From: Bdellovibrionales bacterium
GTDB taxonomy: Bacteria > Bdellovibrionota > Bdellovibrionia > Bdellovibrionales > UBA1609
Assembly: GCA_965200875.1 (NCBI GenBank)
Contig: OZ241456.1
Span: forward strand, 1-64,000
DNA length: 64,000 nt
Reading direction: 5' to 3'
A program made the translations under genes and the position numbers. Shown here one piece after another: positions 10,435-21,540 of this stretch; the stretch's first letter is position 1, and every line of letters begins with the position of its first letter. The notes under the pieces are model-generated. The model did not search any database and was not told the origin of the DNA. It saw nothing but the letters and a program-made list of their open reading frames with translations.

Positions 10435-12915
10435 ATGGAACAAGAAGAAACATTACCTTTACTGTCTTTACGGGATTTAGTGGTATTTCCACATATGATG
10501 ATGCCCCTTTTTGTCGGGCGTGAAAAAAGCATCAATGCTCTTCAACACGCAATGAACACAAAAACAGATATTGTTCTAGCCTCCCAAAGAGAAGCCAGAA
10601 ATCATAATCCCGCACCACAAGAAATTCATACAGTCGGCACTGTGGGAACCATCATCCAACACTTAAAACTGCCTGATGGTACTGTAAAAGCTCTCGTGGA
10701 AGGCAAATATCGCACACATATAGAAAAATTTGTTCAAGTGGATAATTTTTTCATTGTTCAAGTGAGATCGATTGTAGAAATCATTAAAGAGGAAACAGAA
10801 GCTAACGCCTTAAAAAGAATGGTTTATTCCTCTTTTGAAAATTATGTAAAGCTCAACAAACAAGTACCACCTGAGGTATTGGCCCGTATTTATACGATAG
10901 AGGATTTCAGTGAGCTGGCTGACAGCATTGCCTCACAACTCAATTTAAAAATGGAGGACAAACAAGTTATTCTGGAAACTTTTGATCCAGGAAAACGACT
11001 GAAGATGGTGTTAAAAAACATCACCAGGGAAATTGAAATTTTAAAAGTGGAAAAAAAACTCAGAACCCGGGTAAAAGAACAAATGGAACGTTCGCAAAAA
11101 GAATATTATCTGAACGAACAGCTTCAGGCCATTCAAAAAGAACTCGGGGAAAAAGATGATTTTCAAAAAGAAATTCAGGAGCTGGAACAAAAATCCCATA
11201 AAATGAAATGGCCTAAAGAAGCCTCTGATAAAACCGCTAGGGAAATAAAAAAACTAAAAATGATGTCTCCCATGAGTGCTGAGGCTGCTGTTATCAGAAA
11301 CTACATAGACTGGATGATCACACTACCTTGGCAAGACTATGTAAAAGAAAAAAAAGACATTCAGCAAGCCGAAAAAATTTTAAATGAAGATCATTGGGGG
11401 TTGAATAAAATAAAAGAAAGAATCTTGGAATATCTGGCCGTGAGAACCATTACAGAAAAGTCAAAAAGTCCTATCATCTGTTTTATTGGCCCTCCAGGAG
11501 TGGGAAAAACCTCGCTTGCCCGGTCTATCGCAAGAGCTTTGGAACGTCCTTTTTCGCGTATTTCTCTTGGAGGAATGCAGGATGAAGCGGAAATACGAGG
11601 CCACCGAAGGACTTATGTTGGTGCTCTGCCTGGAAAAATTATACAATGTCTGCGGAAAGTCAAACATGGAAACCCAATTTTTTTACTGGATGAGATTGAT
11701 AAAATCAGCACCAGTTTTCGGGGAGACCCTTCCTCTGCTTTATTGGAGGTTTTGGACCCGGAACAAAACAACACTTTTCAGGATCACTATTTAGAAGTGG
11801 AATACGATTTATCTTCTATATTGTTTATTACCACAGCCAATTCCATACATGGTATTCCCCGCCCGTTAATGGATCGCATGGAAATGATTTATATCGAAGG
11901 TTATACGGAAAATGAAAAACTGAATATTGCCTGTCAATACTTACTTCCTAAACAAATTAATAAACACGGGTTAAAGGAATACACTCCACAAATCAGTGAG
12001 GAAGTGTTACGGGAAGTGATTAGATATTATACAAGAGAGGCGGGAGTCAGAGAGCTGGAAAGACAAATTGCAAAACTCTGCCGAAAAATAGCCAAAGAAA
12101 TTGTGTTTGCGGACGCTAAAAATACAGCTGATAAAAATAACACCCATAAAACTGAAAGCAATAATAAACATACACTGGTAAAATCCTATATCAATTATTC
12201 TGTCACATCCGACAAAGTCAAAAAATACCTAGGAATACATCGGTTCAAATATGGAAAAACAGAAAAAAGAAACGAAGTGGGCCTTACAAATGGTCTGGCC
12301 TGGACAGAAACAGGAGGGGATTTAATGGCCATTGAGGCATCTGTTATTCCTGGCAAGGGAAAATTTACTTTTACAGGGCAACTGGGTGATGTTATGAAAG
12401 AGTCCTGCTCTGCGGCTTTAAGTTATGTGCGATCACGAGGTCCTTTATTCGATCTTCCATCTGAATTTTTTGAAAAACATGATTTTCATATTCATGTCCC
12501 GGAAGGAGCTGTCCCAAAGGATGGTCCGTCTGCGGGTATTGCCATCACTACTAGTCTGGTCTCAGCCAGTATGCGTCTTCCGGTAAAAAAAACAGTAGCC
12601 ATGACTGGGGAAATCACCTTAAGAGGCCGTGTATTGGCTATTGGTGGGTTAAAAGAAAAGATTTTAGCGGCTCACCGGGAAGGTCTTAAAACAGTGATTA
12701 TTCCCAAAGAAAATGAAAAAGATCTAAAAGACAAAGAAAAAGGTCTTTCTACAGAAATTTTAAAAAAAATGAAAATTATTACTGTTGATCATGTAGATCA
12801 AGCACTTGTAAATGCCTTAGAGATTAAATTGGTTCAAGATCTGTTTAAAAGACGTTTTAAGAAAGTTTTAGGTTTAAAAGCCCAATATACAGGACATATA
12901 CAGCAAAAACATTGA
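10435..12915 (+). CDS. lon: Lon protease
   Basis: [16 protein letters not shown] (catalytic Ser), GGLKEK. Confidence 0.97.
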   Translation: MEQEETLPLLSLRDLVVFPHMMMPLFVGREKSINALQHAMNTKTDIVLASQREARNHNPAPQEIHTVGTVGTIIQHLKLPDGTVKALVEGKYRTHIEKFVQVDNFFIVQVRSIVEIIKEETEANALKRMVYSSFENYVKLNKQVPPEVLARIYTIEDFSELADSIASQLNLKMEDKQVILETFDPGKRLKMVLKNITREIEILKVEKKLRTRVKEQMERSQKEYYLNEQLQAIQKELGEKDDFQKEIQELEQKSHKMKWPKEASDKTAREIKKLKMMSPMSAEAAVIRNYIDWMITLPWQDYVKEKKDIQQAEKILNEDHWGLNKIKERILEYLAVRTITEKSKSPIICFIGPPGVGKTSLARSIARALERPFSRISLGGMQDEAEIRGHRRTYVGALPGKIIQCLRKVKHGNPIFLLDEIDKISTSFRGDPSSALLEVLDPEQNNTFQDHYLEVEYDLSSILFITTANSIHGIPRPLMDRMEMIYIEGYTENEKLNIACQYLLPKQINKHGLKEYTPQISEEVLREVIRYYTREAGVRELERQIAKLCRKIAKEIVFADAKNTADKNNTHKTESNNKHTLVKSYINYSVTSDKVKKYLGIHRFKYGKTEKRNEVGLTNGLAWTETGGDLMAIEASVIPGKGKFTFTGQLGDVMKESCSAALSYVRSRGPLFDLPSEFFEKHDFHIHVPEGAVPKDGPSAGIAITTSLVSASMRLPVKKTVAMTGEITLRGRVLAIGGLKEKILAAHREGLKTVIIPKENEKDLKDKEKGLSTEILKKMKIITVDHVDQALVNALEIKLVQDLFKRRFKKVLGLKAQYTGHIQQKH

Positions 12916-12944
12916 TGTTATTTTTCCCCGGAAAAAATTGATTT

Positions 12945-13020
12945 AGGAGGTTAGCTCAGCTGGTAGAGCGCCACCCTTACAAGGTGGATGTCGTCGGTTC
13001 GATCCCGGCACCTCCTACCA
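12945..13020 (+). tRNA. tRNA-Val(TAC)
   Basis: AGGAGGT/ACCTCCT acceptor stem, CCACC-CTTACAA-GGTGG anticodon arm, GTTCGA T-loop, encoded CCA. Confidence 0.95.
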
Positions 13021-13036
13021 TTCTTGACTTATAAAA

Positions 13037-13681
13037 TTATTCCACCAGATACAGCAAAGGGAAAAGATAAATCCAAATTAAATCCACCAAGTGCCAAAAA
13101 AGCCCAACACACTCAAGAGGAGTATAGTAAGAAGGGCTGAAATGTTTTTTATAAGAGCGAATAATAAGCCAAAAAATTGCCACCATACCGGCCAGAACAT
13201 GGGTTCCATGAAGCCCTGTCATACAGTAATAAAAAGAAAAATAAAGAGGAAGATTTTTTAAAGTCTCTGTTTCCGTGTAAGAAAAAAAAGAACCAGGGGC
13301 AAGACCTGTATGCAGTTTATGCGAATATTCAATATACTTTACCCCTATAAAAACAAACCCGCAAAGAAGAGTCAGCCAAAGACAGGTTTTGGATTTTGAG
13401 TTTTGTCCTTTTTGAACATAGTAAATGCTTAAGGCCATAGTAAAAGAACTAACAAGCAAAACCACTGTGTTTAAAGCTCCTAATTTCCAGTCCAAAAAAG
13501 TAGAACCCTGAAGAAAAATATCCGGGTACATTCTTTTGTAAATGGCATAGCCCACAAAAAGCCCGCCAAACATAAGAATCTCTGTGCATAAAAAAAGCCA
13601 CATCCCAAGCTTGCAGGCGGACTTTTCCTGCGTGGTGCTTTCAAAATGATGCGCTGGATGATGCACTTTTGCTTCACTCAT
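13037..13681 (-). CDS. coxC: Cytochrome c oxidase subunit III
   Basis: GMWLFLCTEILMFGGLF, TGLHGTHV and GLFWHLVDLIW motifs. Confidence 0.93.
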   Translation of the reverse strand: MSEAKVHHPAHHFESTTQEKSACKLGMWLFLCTEILMFGGLFVGYAIYKRMYPDIFLQGSTFLDWKLGALNTVVLLVSSFTMALSIYYVQKGQNSKSKTCLWLTLLCGFVFIGVKYIEYSHKLHTGLAPGSFFSYTETETLKNLPLYFSFYYCMTGLHGTHVLAGMVAIFWLIIRSYKKHFSPSYYTPLECVGLFWHLVDLIWIYLFPLLYLVE

Positions 13682-13759
13682 AATTAAAAACCTCTTTTAC
13701 CATCTTAAAATGATGGGCTGTTGCTTCCGCAATATTCATAAAAAAATCCTAACCCTCGA

Positions 13760-15940
13760 TCAAAACCCTTGGCAAGCTCTTAAAAATAATATTTGTTTTC
13801 CCTGACTTCTTTTTGTAAAAACTTCCTGAGTTTTTCCATTGCTCACCTGGTATTTCCGACCACTCACCTCTGATAAAATATAATTTTTTTGGTTTTTAGT
13901 GAAAGAAAACTGATCCATAATATAATCATCCAATTCCTGAAACTTACTTTGATTTTGCATCACTTTATCCACTGATTTTTTTATTTTGGAAAAAACATTC
14001 TTGTCCCATAAAGGAAGTGGCAAAGACTCAATATGACTTCTTAAAACTTTTATACTGGAAAATTTTTTCTGAAAAACAAATTGATACAAAGAAGAATTAA
14101 AAAGCGCGACTATGACTTTTATAGGATAATCAGAAATCTCAGGGATAAGTATATTGGCACTGTTTAAAGTAAGCCTTTTCTTATTATCGTAAGCAAAAAT
14201 CAAGTATTTTGAAATAAACCTGTAAATCAGTTTCTCCCGCACACGATATTTTTCCAAATGTGCCATTTGTTGAAATTTATCCGGCTGAAATTTAATATAC
14301 CTTGAAGGTTCATCCAATAAAAACTTTTTTACTTCTTTTCCTGTGTAAATAGGCTCAAACCCGGGTTTTTTATTATCACTGATAAACTTTTTGTTATCAC
14401 CTGTCACAATGCCCAAAGCCCAATTAGCTCTTTTTTTTAAGGTAATGTGTTTGACTTTATACACTTCATCAATAATTTTACGATCATAAGGATTTGCATG
14501 AATATTAAATATAAAGTCAGGGGTTTCCAACCATTTCATTTGTGATAAACAATATTTTTTCTTAGGGATATATACACTTGTTAAATGAGTTTTCTTAACC
14601 TTGGTTTTTTGGCTTTCTTTTTTTAAATCTATTTTAATCACCGGCGTAAAAATATTTTTAAAAATACGACCCAAATAAGTAATGTTTATAATACGAGTTT
14701 TTGTTAAAATAATTTTCCTTATATCTTTATGGGTCCTCACATTTAAAAAAGCTTCCGGCAAAATAAAAGAAGCCACACCATTATTTTTTAACCAGCCAAG
14801 GCTTTTGTTTAAAAAATAAGAAAAAGACTCAGCAGAACTTATTTCCGGGTAAATATTTTGTAAAATTTTTGTTTCTGTTTTTGAAAAACGCGCCCCCCAG
14901 GGAGGATTAGTCGCTATAATATCAAAATTTTTCATACCTTTATCATAACAATTTCGTCCATTAAACAAATTGGCACTTTTTGAAAGCTTATGTTTCAAAA
15001 TCTGATGGAAAGGATCCTGTGCAAAACCCGGAGAGGTTTTTAAATAGTCTCTTAAAACTTGTGAATCAAACAAAGTGTTTTTACAAAAAATATTTGGAAC
15101 AAAATTTTTATTTTTAAATTTTGTTAAGAGATTAAGCCTAGCTATTTTAACAGCGATTTCGTCACAATCTATACCATAGATGTTTAAAGGATTTTGGACT
15201 TTATCCGAAAAAGCCAATAAAAACTGCCCAGTTCCTGAGCAAGGATCTAAAACCCTAGAGTCCGGTTTTACATAAGGTTTTATCATGTCATATACTACAT
15301 CTGAGGGAGTGTAATAAGATCCACTATAGGATTTTTCCCCCTCAAAAAGTAAAGACTGATATAAAAATCCAAGGCAGTCTTTTTGATCCGGCAGATCACA
15401 ATCCAAAAGAAAAGAGTAATGTGTTTTAATATTTTTCTGATTAATTGTCGATAGCCATGAAAAAACTTCTTTTCGGATTTGTGGGTTAAAAAAACATAAT
15501 TTTTTTCTTTGCAAAAGATCTGAAATCTTGACTGAAGATAATACATTTTTTGTCTTTAGAAAATTTAAACTGAGCAGAAACAAAGCTTCGGATACATTGA
15601 TATTGTTTTCCTTTATAAAGAAAATAATATTGTTTAATTTGTCCTGATTGAATACGCCGGGCGCATACTCTGAAGGAACAAAGGTTTTATGAGATTTTAT
15701 CTTATTAACACGCTTGTTTAACTTATTTAGCTTTCCAGTTAAAATTTTCTGTTTAATATTTTCAATATCCTCTTTGTAAAAAAAATATCCTTTAGTATTT
15801 CGCTGAAACAAAGGCAGATGACCACACTTCACCCAATTACGGACTGTAGCTTTTGAAATATTTAACAGCAAAGCCACGGCCTCAATATCTAACAAATCCT
15901 TATAACTATTTATGGATTTATCGTGCATACTTGGATCCAT
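13760..15940 (-). CDS. Orphan gamma-class N6-adenine DNA methyltransferase (TaqI-like) with N-terminal HTH
   Basis: HTH (VALLLNISKATVRNWVKCG), GSYYTP, DPCSGTGQF, NPPWG and TaqI_C-like C-terminus (KLIYRFIS, LNSANI). Confidence 0.85.
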   Translation of the reverse strand: MDPSMHDKSINSYKDLLDIEAVALLLNISKATVRNWVKCGHLPLFQRNTKGYFFYKEDIENIKQKILTGKLNKLNKRVNKIKSHKTFVPSEYAPGVFNQDKLNNIIFFIKENNINVSEALFLLSLNFLKTKNVLSSVKISDLLQRKKLCFFNPQIRKEVFSWLSTINQKNIKTHYSFLLDCDLPDQKDCLGFLYQSLLFEGEKSYSGSYYTPSDVVYDMIKPYVKPDSRVLDPCSGTGQFLLAFSDKVQNPLNIYGIDCDEIAVKIARLNLLTKFKNKNFVPNIFCKNTLFDSQVLRDYLKTSPGFAQDPFHQILKHKLSKSANLFNGRNCYDKGMKNFDIIATNPPWGARFSKTETKILQNIYPEISSAESFSYFLNKSLGWLKNNGVASFILPEAFLNVRTHKDIRKIILTKTRIINITYLGRIFKNIFTPVIKIDLKKESQKTKVKKTHLTSVYIPKKKYCLSQMKWLETPDFIFNIHANPYDRKIIDEVYKVKHITLKKRANWALGIVTGDNKKFISDNKKPGFEPIYTGKEVKKFLLDEPSRYIKFQPDKFQQMAHLEKYRVREKLIYRFISKYLIFAYDNKKRLTLNSANILIPEISDYPIKVIVALFNSSLYQFVFQKKFSSIKVLRSHIESLPLPLWDKNVFSKIKKSVDKVMQNQSKFQELDDYIMDQFSFTKNQKNYILSEVSGRKYQVSNGKTQEVFTKRSQGKQILFLRACQGF

Positions 15941-15996
15941 TTACTGGCCTTTTTTTGTGTGTTTCCCCCATTATCAAGAAACCTGTATGGGTAGAG

Positions 15997-17568
15997 TTAA
16001 TGATAATGGTATGGGTTTTTATCTGTCACCACTGGGGCTTCCCGAAAATTTTCATGCGGAGGAGGGGAGTCTGTTTTCCACTCCAAAGTGACCGCGCCCC
16101 AAGGATTGGATGTCGCTTTTTTTCCCTTTAACAGAGCATGGATAATTACGAAAAACACCACTAAAAAACCAAGACCAATCATCCAAGAACCGGCTGTGGA
16201 AAGCTGATTTAAGGGCTGATAAGCCGGGGCATAATCATGATATCTACGAGGCATTCCCATAAAACCCAAAATAAATTGAGGAAAAAAAGTAACATTAAAG
16301 CCCACAAAAATCAGGACAAAGCTGACCTGCGCCCAACACTCATTATACATCCGACCAAACATCTTGGGGAACCAATAATAAAGCCCTCCAGTAATGGCCA
16401 TTAAAGTCCCCCCCACCATTACATAGTGAAAGTGCGCTACCACAAAATAAGTATCATGTACATGCACATCAAAAGCGAGAGTGGCCAGCATAATGCCTGT
16501 CACTCCTCCAATCACGAATAAAAACAAAAAACCCATAGCATAAAGCATGGGAGCATCAAATTTAATAGAACCTTTATACATAGTGGCCACCCAGTTAAAA
16601 ACCTTAATAGCCGTGGGAACTCCCACCAGCATCGTCAGAAAAGAAAACAAAATCCCTATCCACTCGGACTGGCCACTTACAAACATGTGATGGCCCCACA
16701 CAAAAAAACTCACTGCCGCAATTCCCACACTAGAAAAAGCAATGGCCTTATAGCCAAATATGGTTTTTCGGGAAAATACTGTAATAAGCTCACTGACAAT
16801 CCCCATAGCCGGCAAAATCATAATATAAACCGCCGGATGAGAATAAAACCAAAAAAAGTGCTGAAAAAGCACAGGATCTCCTCCCAATTTAGGATCAAAA
16901 ATACCTATACCCATGATTCTTTCTGCGGAAAGCAGAAGTAAAGTAATTGCCAACACAGGAGTAGCCAGCACCTGAATAATAGCTGTGGAGTAAAGCGACC
17001 AGACAAAAAGTGGCATTTGAAAAAAACCCATGCCCTTAGCTCTAAGTTTATGAACCGTTACAATAAAATTAAGCCCTGTCAAAATGGAAGAAAACCCCAT
17101 GATAAAAGCTCCAAGAACCACCCACACTGTTCCATTATCTGTTCGGATGCTGTAAGGAGTGTAAAAAGTCCAGCCTGTATCCACACCATTAAAAAAAAGA
17201 GAACAAAGGGCCACTATCGCACCCACAATCAAGCAGTACCAAGAAAGAAGATTAATTCTTGGAAAAGCCACATCTTTTGCGCCAATCTGTAAGGGCAAAA
17301 AAAAGTTTCCGAGAAAAGCAGGAATGCCAGGGATAATAACCATGAACACCATAATGGCTCCATGAAAAGTCATAAACTGATTATACACTTTGGCAGAAAC
17401 TAGGGTTTCCCCAACTCCAAAAAGCTCCAGTCGCATAAGAAGAGCAAAAACACCTCCCACTAAAAAAAAGGTAAATACAGTTATCATGTATAAAATACCG
17501 ATTCGTTTATGATCCAAAGTAAAAAGCCAGGATAAAAGCCCTTTTTTTTCATTTAAATAGTTCTTCAT
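15997..17568 (-). CDS. coxA: Cytochrome c oxidase subunit I
   Basis: [21 protein letters not shown] and [13 protein letters not shown] motifs. Confidence 0.97.
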   Translation of the reverse strand: MKNYLNEKKGLLSWLFTLDHKRIGILYMITVFTFFLVGGVFALLMRLELFGVGETLVSAKVYNQFMTFHGAIMVFMVIIPGIPAFLGNFFLPLQIGAKDVAFPRINLLSWYCLIVGAIVALCSLFFNGVDTGWTFYTPYSIRTDNGTVWVVLGAFIMGFSSILTGLNFIVTVHKLRAKGMGFFQMPLFVWSLYSTAIIQVLATPVLAITLLLLSAERIMGIGIFDPKLGGDPVLFQHFFWFYSHPAVYIMILPAMGIVSELITVFSRKTIFGYKAIAFSSVGIAAVSFFVWGHHMFVSGQSEWIGILFSFLTMLVGVPTAIKVFNWVATMYKGSIKFDAPMLYAMGFLFLFVIGGVTGIMLATLAFDVHVHDTYFVVAHFHYVMVGGTLMAITGGLYYWFPKMFGRMYNECWAQVSFVLIFVGFNVTFFPQFILGFMGMPRRYHDYAPAYQPLNQLSTAGSWMIGLGFLVVFFVIIHALLKGKKATSNPWGAVTLEWKTDSPPPHENFREAPVVTDKNPYHYH

Positions 17569-17582
17569 AGCTTCATATCTTC

Positions 17583-18656
17583 CTATTGTTGTTTATCCGC
17601 CGGAGCGGGGGTTTTCTTTTCCTCCAAAGATTTAATATATTCTATTAAACCTGTCATTTCCTCTTCTTTCAAAAGCCCGGCAAAGGGTGTCATTGCGTCT
17701 GGATATCCTTTTACAACACGAACGGAAGGATTTAAAACAGATTCTCTAATATAATTTTCATCCGCTGTAAGACTTCCGCCTTTTTCAAATTGTCGGTTTT
17801 TTCCAAAAAGACCTGCCAAACCTGGACCAATTCTTTTTTCCTGAGTGGCCGTATGACAGACCATACACTGTTTTTGAAAAACACTTTCTCCTATTTGAAA
17901 CATACTCATTCCTTTATAAGGATCTTCAACCAGCCACTGCTCCCATTCTGCAAGACCCATGACATGCACTTCAGCCAACATACTGGAATGACCTGTGCCA
18001 CAAAATTCCGCGCAAAACACAGGAAACTTTCCCTTCTTTTGAGCTGTAAAAGATAAAGCCGTGTAAGTGTTTGGCAAAACATCCTGTTTAATACGAAAAG
18101 AGGGAATAAAAAAACTATGTAAAACATCTCTGGAACTCATGACCAATTTAACGGGTTTTCCCACCGGCACAGTTAAAATACGAGAGCTTTTTCGCCCATT
18201 TTTATATACAAAATCCCAATTCCACATTTGCCCGTACACATGAATTTCCAAAGCGTCTTTAGGATGATCTCTTATTTTATCATATAAAAGCCACCCCCAC
18301 CCAAAAACAAACATAAAAATCAGGAAGGGAATAAAACTCCACAAAAACTCTAGGAAATAATTATGTGTAATGACTGGAGGTTTATCTTTCTCTGATTTTC
18401 TGCGAAAACGAATAGAAAAATAAACAAAACCACCTATCACCAAAACAGAAGCTAAAGTACTGATTTCCACTAAAAAATAAGTTAGATGATCCAGCTCTTC
18501 GGCCAGTTTTGTGCCAGGGACAGGAAGAAAACCTGCACACGCAGGATTTGTAAAAAATGAAACCCCAAAAAAAACAAACTTTACCCATAAAAGCCCTAAA
18601 AGCCCTTTTTTTTCCTGTAATAAATCTCTTGAGAGACAGTTTGAAAACCCTGACAT
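17583..18656 (-). CDS. coxB: Cytochrome c oxidase subunit II with fused cytochrome c (caa3 type)
   Basis: CuA motif [12 protein letters not shown] plus C-terminal CMVCH heme motif. Confidence 0.95.
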   Translation of the reverse strand: MSGFSNCLSRDLLQEKKGLLGLLWVKFVFFGVSFFTNPACAGFLPVPGTKLAEELDHLTYFLVEISTLASVLVIGGFVYFSIRFRRKSEKDKPPVITHNYFLEFLWSFIPFLIFMFVFGWGWLLYDKIRDHPKDALEIHVYGQMWNWDFVYKNGRKSSRILTVPVGKPVKLVMSSRDVLHSFFIPSFRIKQDVLPNTYTALSFTAQKKGKFPVFCAEFCGTGHSSMLAEVHVMGLAEWEQWLVEDPYKGMSMFQIGESVFQKQCMVCHTATQEKRIGPGLAGLFGKNRQFEKGGSLTADENYIRESVLNPSVRVVKGYPDAMTPFAGLLKEEEMTGLIEYIKSLEEKKTPAPADKQQ

Positions 18657-19472
18657 TTAATCTGCCTTCTGTTTTGATTTTCTATTTTCTCTTATCCACA
18701 CCGGGAGCAAAAAACAAACCAACAATAAAAGAGTAATCAGCCCCCCCGCCCGCATAATATTATAAGCATACCAAGAATATCTCCTCCGCTTAGGATCAAA
18801 CTGGAAGCAAAAAAGCAAAACTTTATCCATAATGGAGCCTATCTTCCCCTGGCTTGCCTCCACGAGGGAAAGACGCAAGGTCTGAACCTGAAACACCACC
18901 CCGTAAAGATAACGGGAGATTTGTCCCTGAGGGGTTAAAACATAAGCCACCGGCAAATGGGCAAATATTTTCTGACTGTCATCCCATCTGAAACGAAACC
19001 CCACTTGTTCACTTAAAGACAAAATATTTTTTTTATCTCCCGTGAGAAAATGAACATTCTCCGGCAGTAAGTCATATTTTTCCACATAATTTCTCTTTTT
19101 CTGCAAAGCGAGAGCTGGTGTTTCCGTTTCATCCATGCTGAGAAGAACAAAGTTAAACTTTTTCTTAAAATCCCGGGGCATGTCTTTTAACTCTCTGGAA
19201 AGGCCATTTAAATGCAAACCACATAAATTAGGACACTGATAATACACAATGGAAAATAAAACCGGTTTTTCAAAATATTTCCCAAACTTTACTTTTTTTC
19301 CCTGTTCATCTGTAAAATCCAAACTTAAATCCAAAACCGTGCCGGCTTTTTCCTGAATTTCAAGCCCTTTTAATTCCTCCGGTGTCCGGGAAGGGGAAAA
19401 CTCCCTCTCCGGGTTATATGCCACAGCGGAAAAAACACTAAAAAACAAAATTTTTATTATTATTGATCTCAT
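18657..19472 (-). CDS. SCO1/SenC family copper chaperone
   Basis: YYQCPNLC (CxxxC) motif and position in the oxidase operon. Confidence 0.9.
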   Translation of the reverse strand: MRSIIIKILFFSVFSAVAYNPEREFSPSRTPEELKGLEIQEKAGTVLDLSLDFTDEQGKKVKFGKYFEKPVLFSIVYYQCPNLCGLHLNGLSRELKDMPRDFKKKFNFVLLSMDETETPALALQKKRNYVEKYDLLPENVHFLTGDKKNILSLSEQVGFRFRWDDSQKIFAHLPVAYVLTPQGQISRYLYGVVFQVQTLRLSLVEASQGKIGSIMDKVLLFCFQFDPKRRRYSWYAYNIMRAGGLITLLLLVCFLLPVWIRENRKSKQKAD

Positions 19473-19584
19473 AATTCTTCAATCCACAAATTTATTTACT
19501 GCGAGTAACTTATTCCTGCCCCCGTGCATGCCACCAGCTAAGACCGGAATAAAAAAGGAAACAACACACTTTTTCAGGCCCGAC

Positions 19585-20118
19585 TTATTTGGCCGTTTTG
19601 GCAAATTCCTCCAATTTTTCCATATCATCTTTTACCTTATTCTCTGTAATAGAGCGTATATAGTGTACCAAAGCCCAACGATCCTCTACAGACAAATAGG
19701 AAAAAGAAACCATTGAACTACCTTCAATACCTTGGGCCAAAGTCTTGTAAAGCGATATGGAATCCCCTCCTTGTTTCCAATCCCCTTCCACGAAACTCCT
19801 AGGAGGAGGTTTTAAACCCACTGAAGCCAGACCATCTCCAAGCCCTGTTTTTCCGTGGCAAGAAGCACAATAAATTTGATAAACCTTTCCACCTTGTTTC
19901 ACCATAGTTTCCCTGAAAATCCAGGGTTTTTCTGCATGAATATCCGGTGAAGTTTTTCCTGATGGATCCACCCCTTCCCCTGAAAAGCCCTTTAATTCTG
20001 TGGGATCCAGCTTAGCCAGCTCCATCTCCGGCGAAAAAAAGATTAAGTAAGCAAACCAGACAAAGCTAAAGAAAACAGAGGCCAGTAAAACCATTAAGCC
20101 ACTTTTATTATAGTTCAT
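19585..20118 (-). CDS. Membrane-anchored monoheme cytochrome c
   Basis: N-terminal TM helix, CASCH, GSSM. Confidence 0.9.
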   Translation of the reverse strand: MNYNKSGLMVLLASVFFSFVWFAYLIFFSPEMELAKLDPTELKGFSGEGVDPSGKTSPDIHAEKPWIFRETMVKQGGKVYQIYCASCHGKTGLGDGLASVGLKPPPRSFVEGDWKQGGDSISLYKTLAQGIEGSSMVSFSYLSVEDRWALVHYIRSITENKVKDDMEKLEEFAKTAK

Positions 20119-20245
20119 AAATTTTCCTTATCTTTTTTTTCTCAGTTTTTCAAATAAAGCTTTTCAAAACCGGATATTTTATTTAAAATTTTCTTAATTG
20201 CCTAAGAAAATTTTAAACTAGTCAAACTTTATCAGTAAATTCAAT

Positions 20246-20944
20246 ATGAAAAAAAAAATTAAGCGCGTTTTGCTGTTCAAAGCTCTTTTTTTAAACTCTG
20301 TTTTTTTTGTTGCCTGCACAAGCACTTACAAAGCTTTACAGGAAATAGAACCTGGCCTCACTAAACAAGAGACACGAATTGAGCTTGGAAAGCCAAATTC
20401 TGTGGGTCGTTCAAAGGGCTGGGATCGCTGGACCTATAAATTTAAAAAAGAGTCAGAGGAGTACACACAGGATGTATTTTTTGATGATGGAAGGCTGATA
20501 AAAGTAGGCCCTCTAACACCTTACCCAAACTACAAAAAGAAAATGACAGAAGCAGAAACTCTGGAAGAGTATGAAATTCATGCCCTACTCTATCAAAAAC
20601 AAAAGTCTGCCGGATTTCGAGAAATCAACTCTGTTAAAAAAAACAATATAAAAGATTTTTGCAAAGACTTGTTTTCTCTTTCCAAAAGAAGGGTGGAATG
20701 CGAAAACAATATGACCGGCAAAAAATTCTGGTATCCCGCTTTGGCTTTTTGCCAAGAAGAGATATGGGGCTATGGTGCAAAGCTAAGTTGTTTTTCCAAA
20801 GTGGCAAATAAAATATTTTCTCTTTCTACACTTGAATTTTGCGCGGAAAGTAATTTTTTAAATGGCAACATTCAAAAATTACAATGCCTTGGAAACTCTA
20901 ATTCTGATCCTCTTGCTTTCCAGTCAAAAGAAACACTCCGCTAA
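20246..20944 (+). CDS. BamE/SmpA-like lipoprotein with Cys-repeat C-terminal extension
   Basis: Lipobox FVAC; EPGLTKQETRIELGKP...WTY BamE-like motif. Confidence 0.65.
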   Translation: MKKKIKRVLLFKALFLNSVFFVACTSTYKALQEIEPGLTKQETRIELGKPNSVGRSKGWDRWTYKFKKESEEYTQDVFFDDGRLIKVGPLTPYPNYKKKMTEAETLEEYEIHALLYQKQKSAGFREINSVKKNNIKDFCKDLFSLSKRRVECENNMTGKKFWYPALAFCQEEIWGYGAKLSCFSKVANKIFSLSTLEFCAESNFLNGNIQKLQCLGNSNSDPLAFQSKETLR

Positions 20945-20971
20945 AACAAATAAAAGTATCATACACGATAA

Positions 20972-21111
20972 TACTGCTTAATCGCCCGTGAAAAACCCAT
21001 AGTACTTCAACTATCACACTCTTTTTTCATGTACTTTCCCAAGGGGTGTCATTCCCGTGAAAATGGGAATCCAGGAAAATTACATACTTTTTCACGGACT
21101 ACTACTTAATC
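20972..21111. mobile_element. MITE-like element with dRS3/REP-like core
   Basis: 10-bp inverted repeats CCGTGAAAAA (20986-20995) and TTTTTCACGG (21088-21097); internal ATTCCC-N8-GGGAAT (21051-21070); flanking 12-bp direct repeats with one mismatch. Confidence 0.55.
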
Positions 21112-21131
21112 CTTTTATTTTGCTTTTATTA

Positions 21132-21159
21132 TTGCGCACTATTTTAGATCTGTTATAAT
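21132..21159 (+). promoter_or_regulatory. Sigma70-type promoter, probably giving a leaderless mRNA
   Basis: TTGCGC-N16-TATAAT with extended TGn. The ATG of the next gene is only 6 nt past the -10 box. Confidence 0.5.
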
Positions 21160-21165
21160 AGAGAG

Positions 21166-21411
21166 ATGAGTAAGTTAAAAGATGTATGGCCCTTGGTCAC
21201 TTGTATTCTACTTTATACCGGCTTTATATTTGGTGGTTTTAATTGGATGCTTAACTCTAAAATAGAGCTGGTAAATGCTCAAATAGAGCTGGTAAATGCT
21301 CAAATTAAGCCAATAAATGAAAAGCTAGGTAATCATATTACTGAGACAGATAAAAAGATTGATTCTTTAATAAAGGATGTGCAAGAGATAAAGGCCTCTT
21401 TAAAAAAATAG
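21166..21411 (+). CDS. Small TM + coiled-coil protein with 21-bp tandem duplication
   Basis: N-terminal hydrophobic helix; IELVNAQ x2 (21260-21301). Confidence 0.7.
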   Translation: MSKLKDVWPLVTCILLYTGFIFGGFNWMLNSKIELVNAQIELVNAQIKPINEKLGNHITETDKKIDSLIKDVQEIKASLKK

Positions 21412-21540
21412 CTTAATCCCCTTATTTCATATTCAAAGATATCGAAATTTTAAAAAAAACCGGATTTTATCTGAATTTAGGGCTAAAGCCTCAATACCAA
21501 AAAAATTAAATGATTGATAATCAAATGCCGTACTGATTAT

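Noticed and set aside
12110..12200. Asn/Lys/Thr-rich insert in Lon
   Set aside because: It falls in a loop that is commonly variable in length.
12945..13020. tRNA-Val as an integration site for the neighbouring MTase
   Set aside because: I saw no duplicated tRNA 3' end or integrase, and cox3 lies between the tRNA and the MTase.
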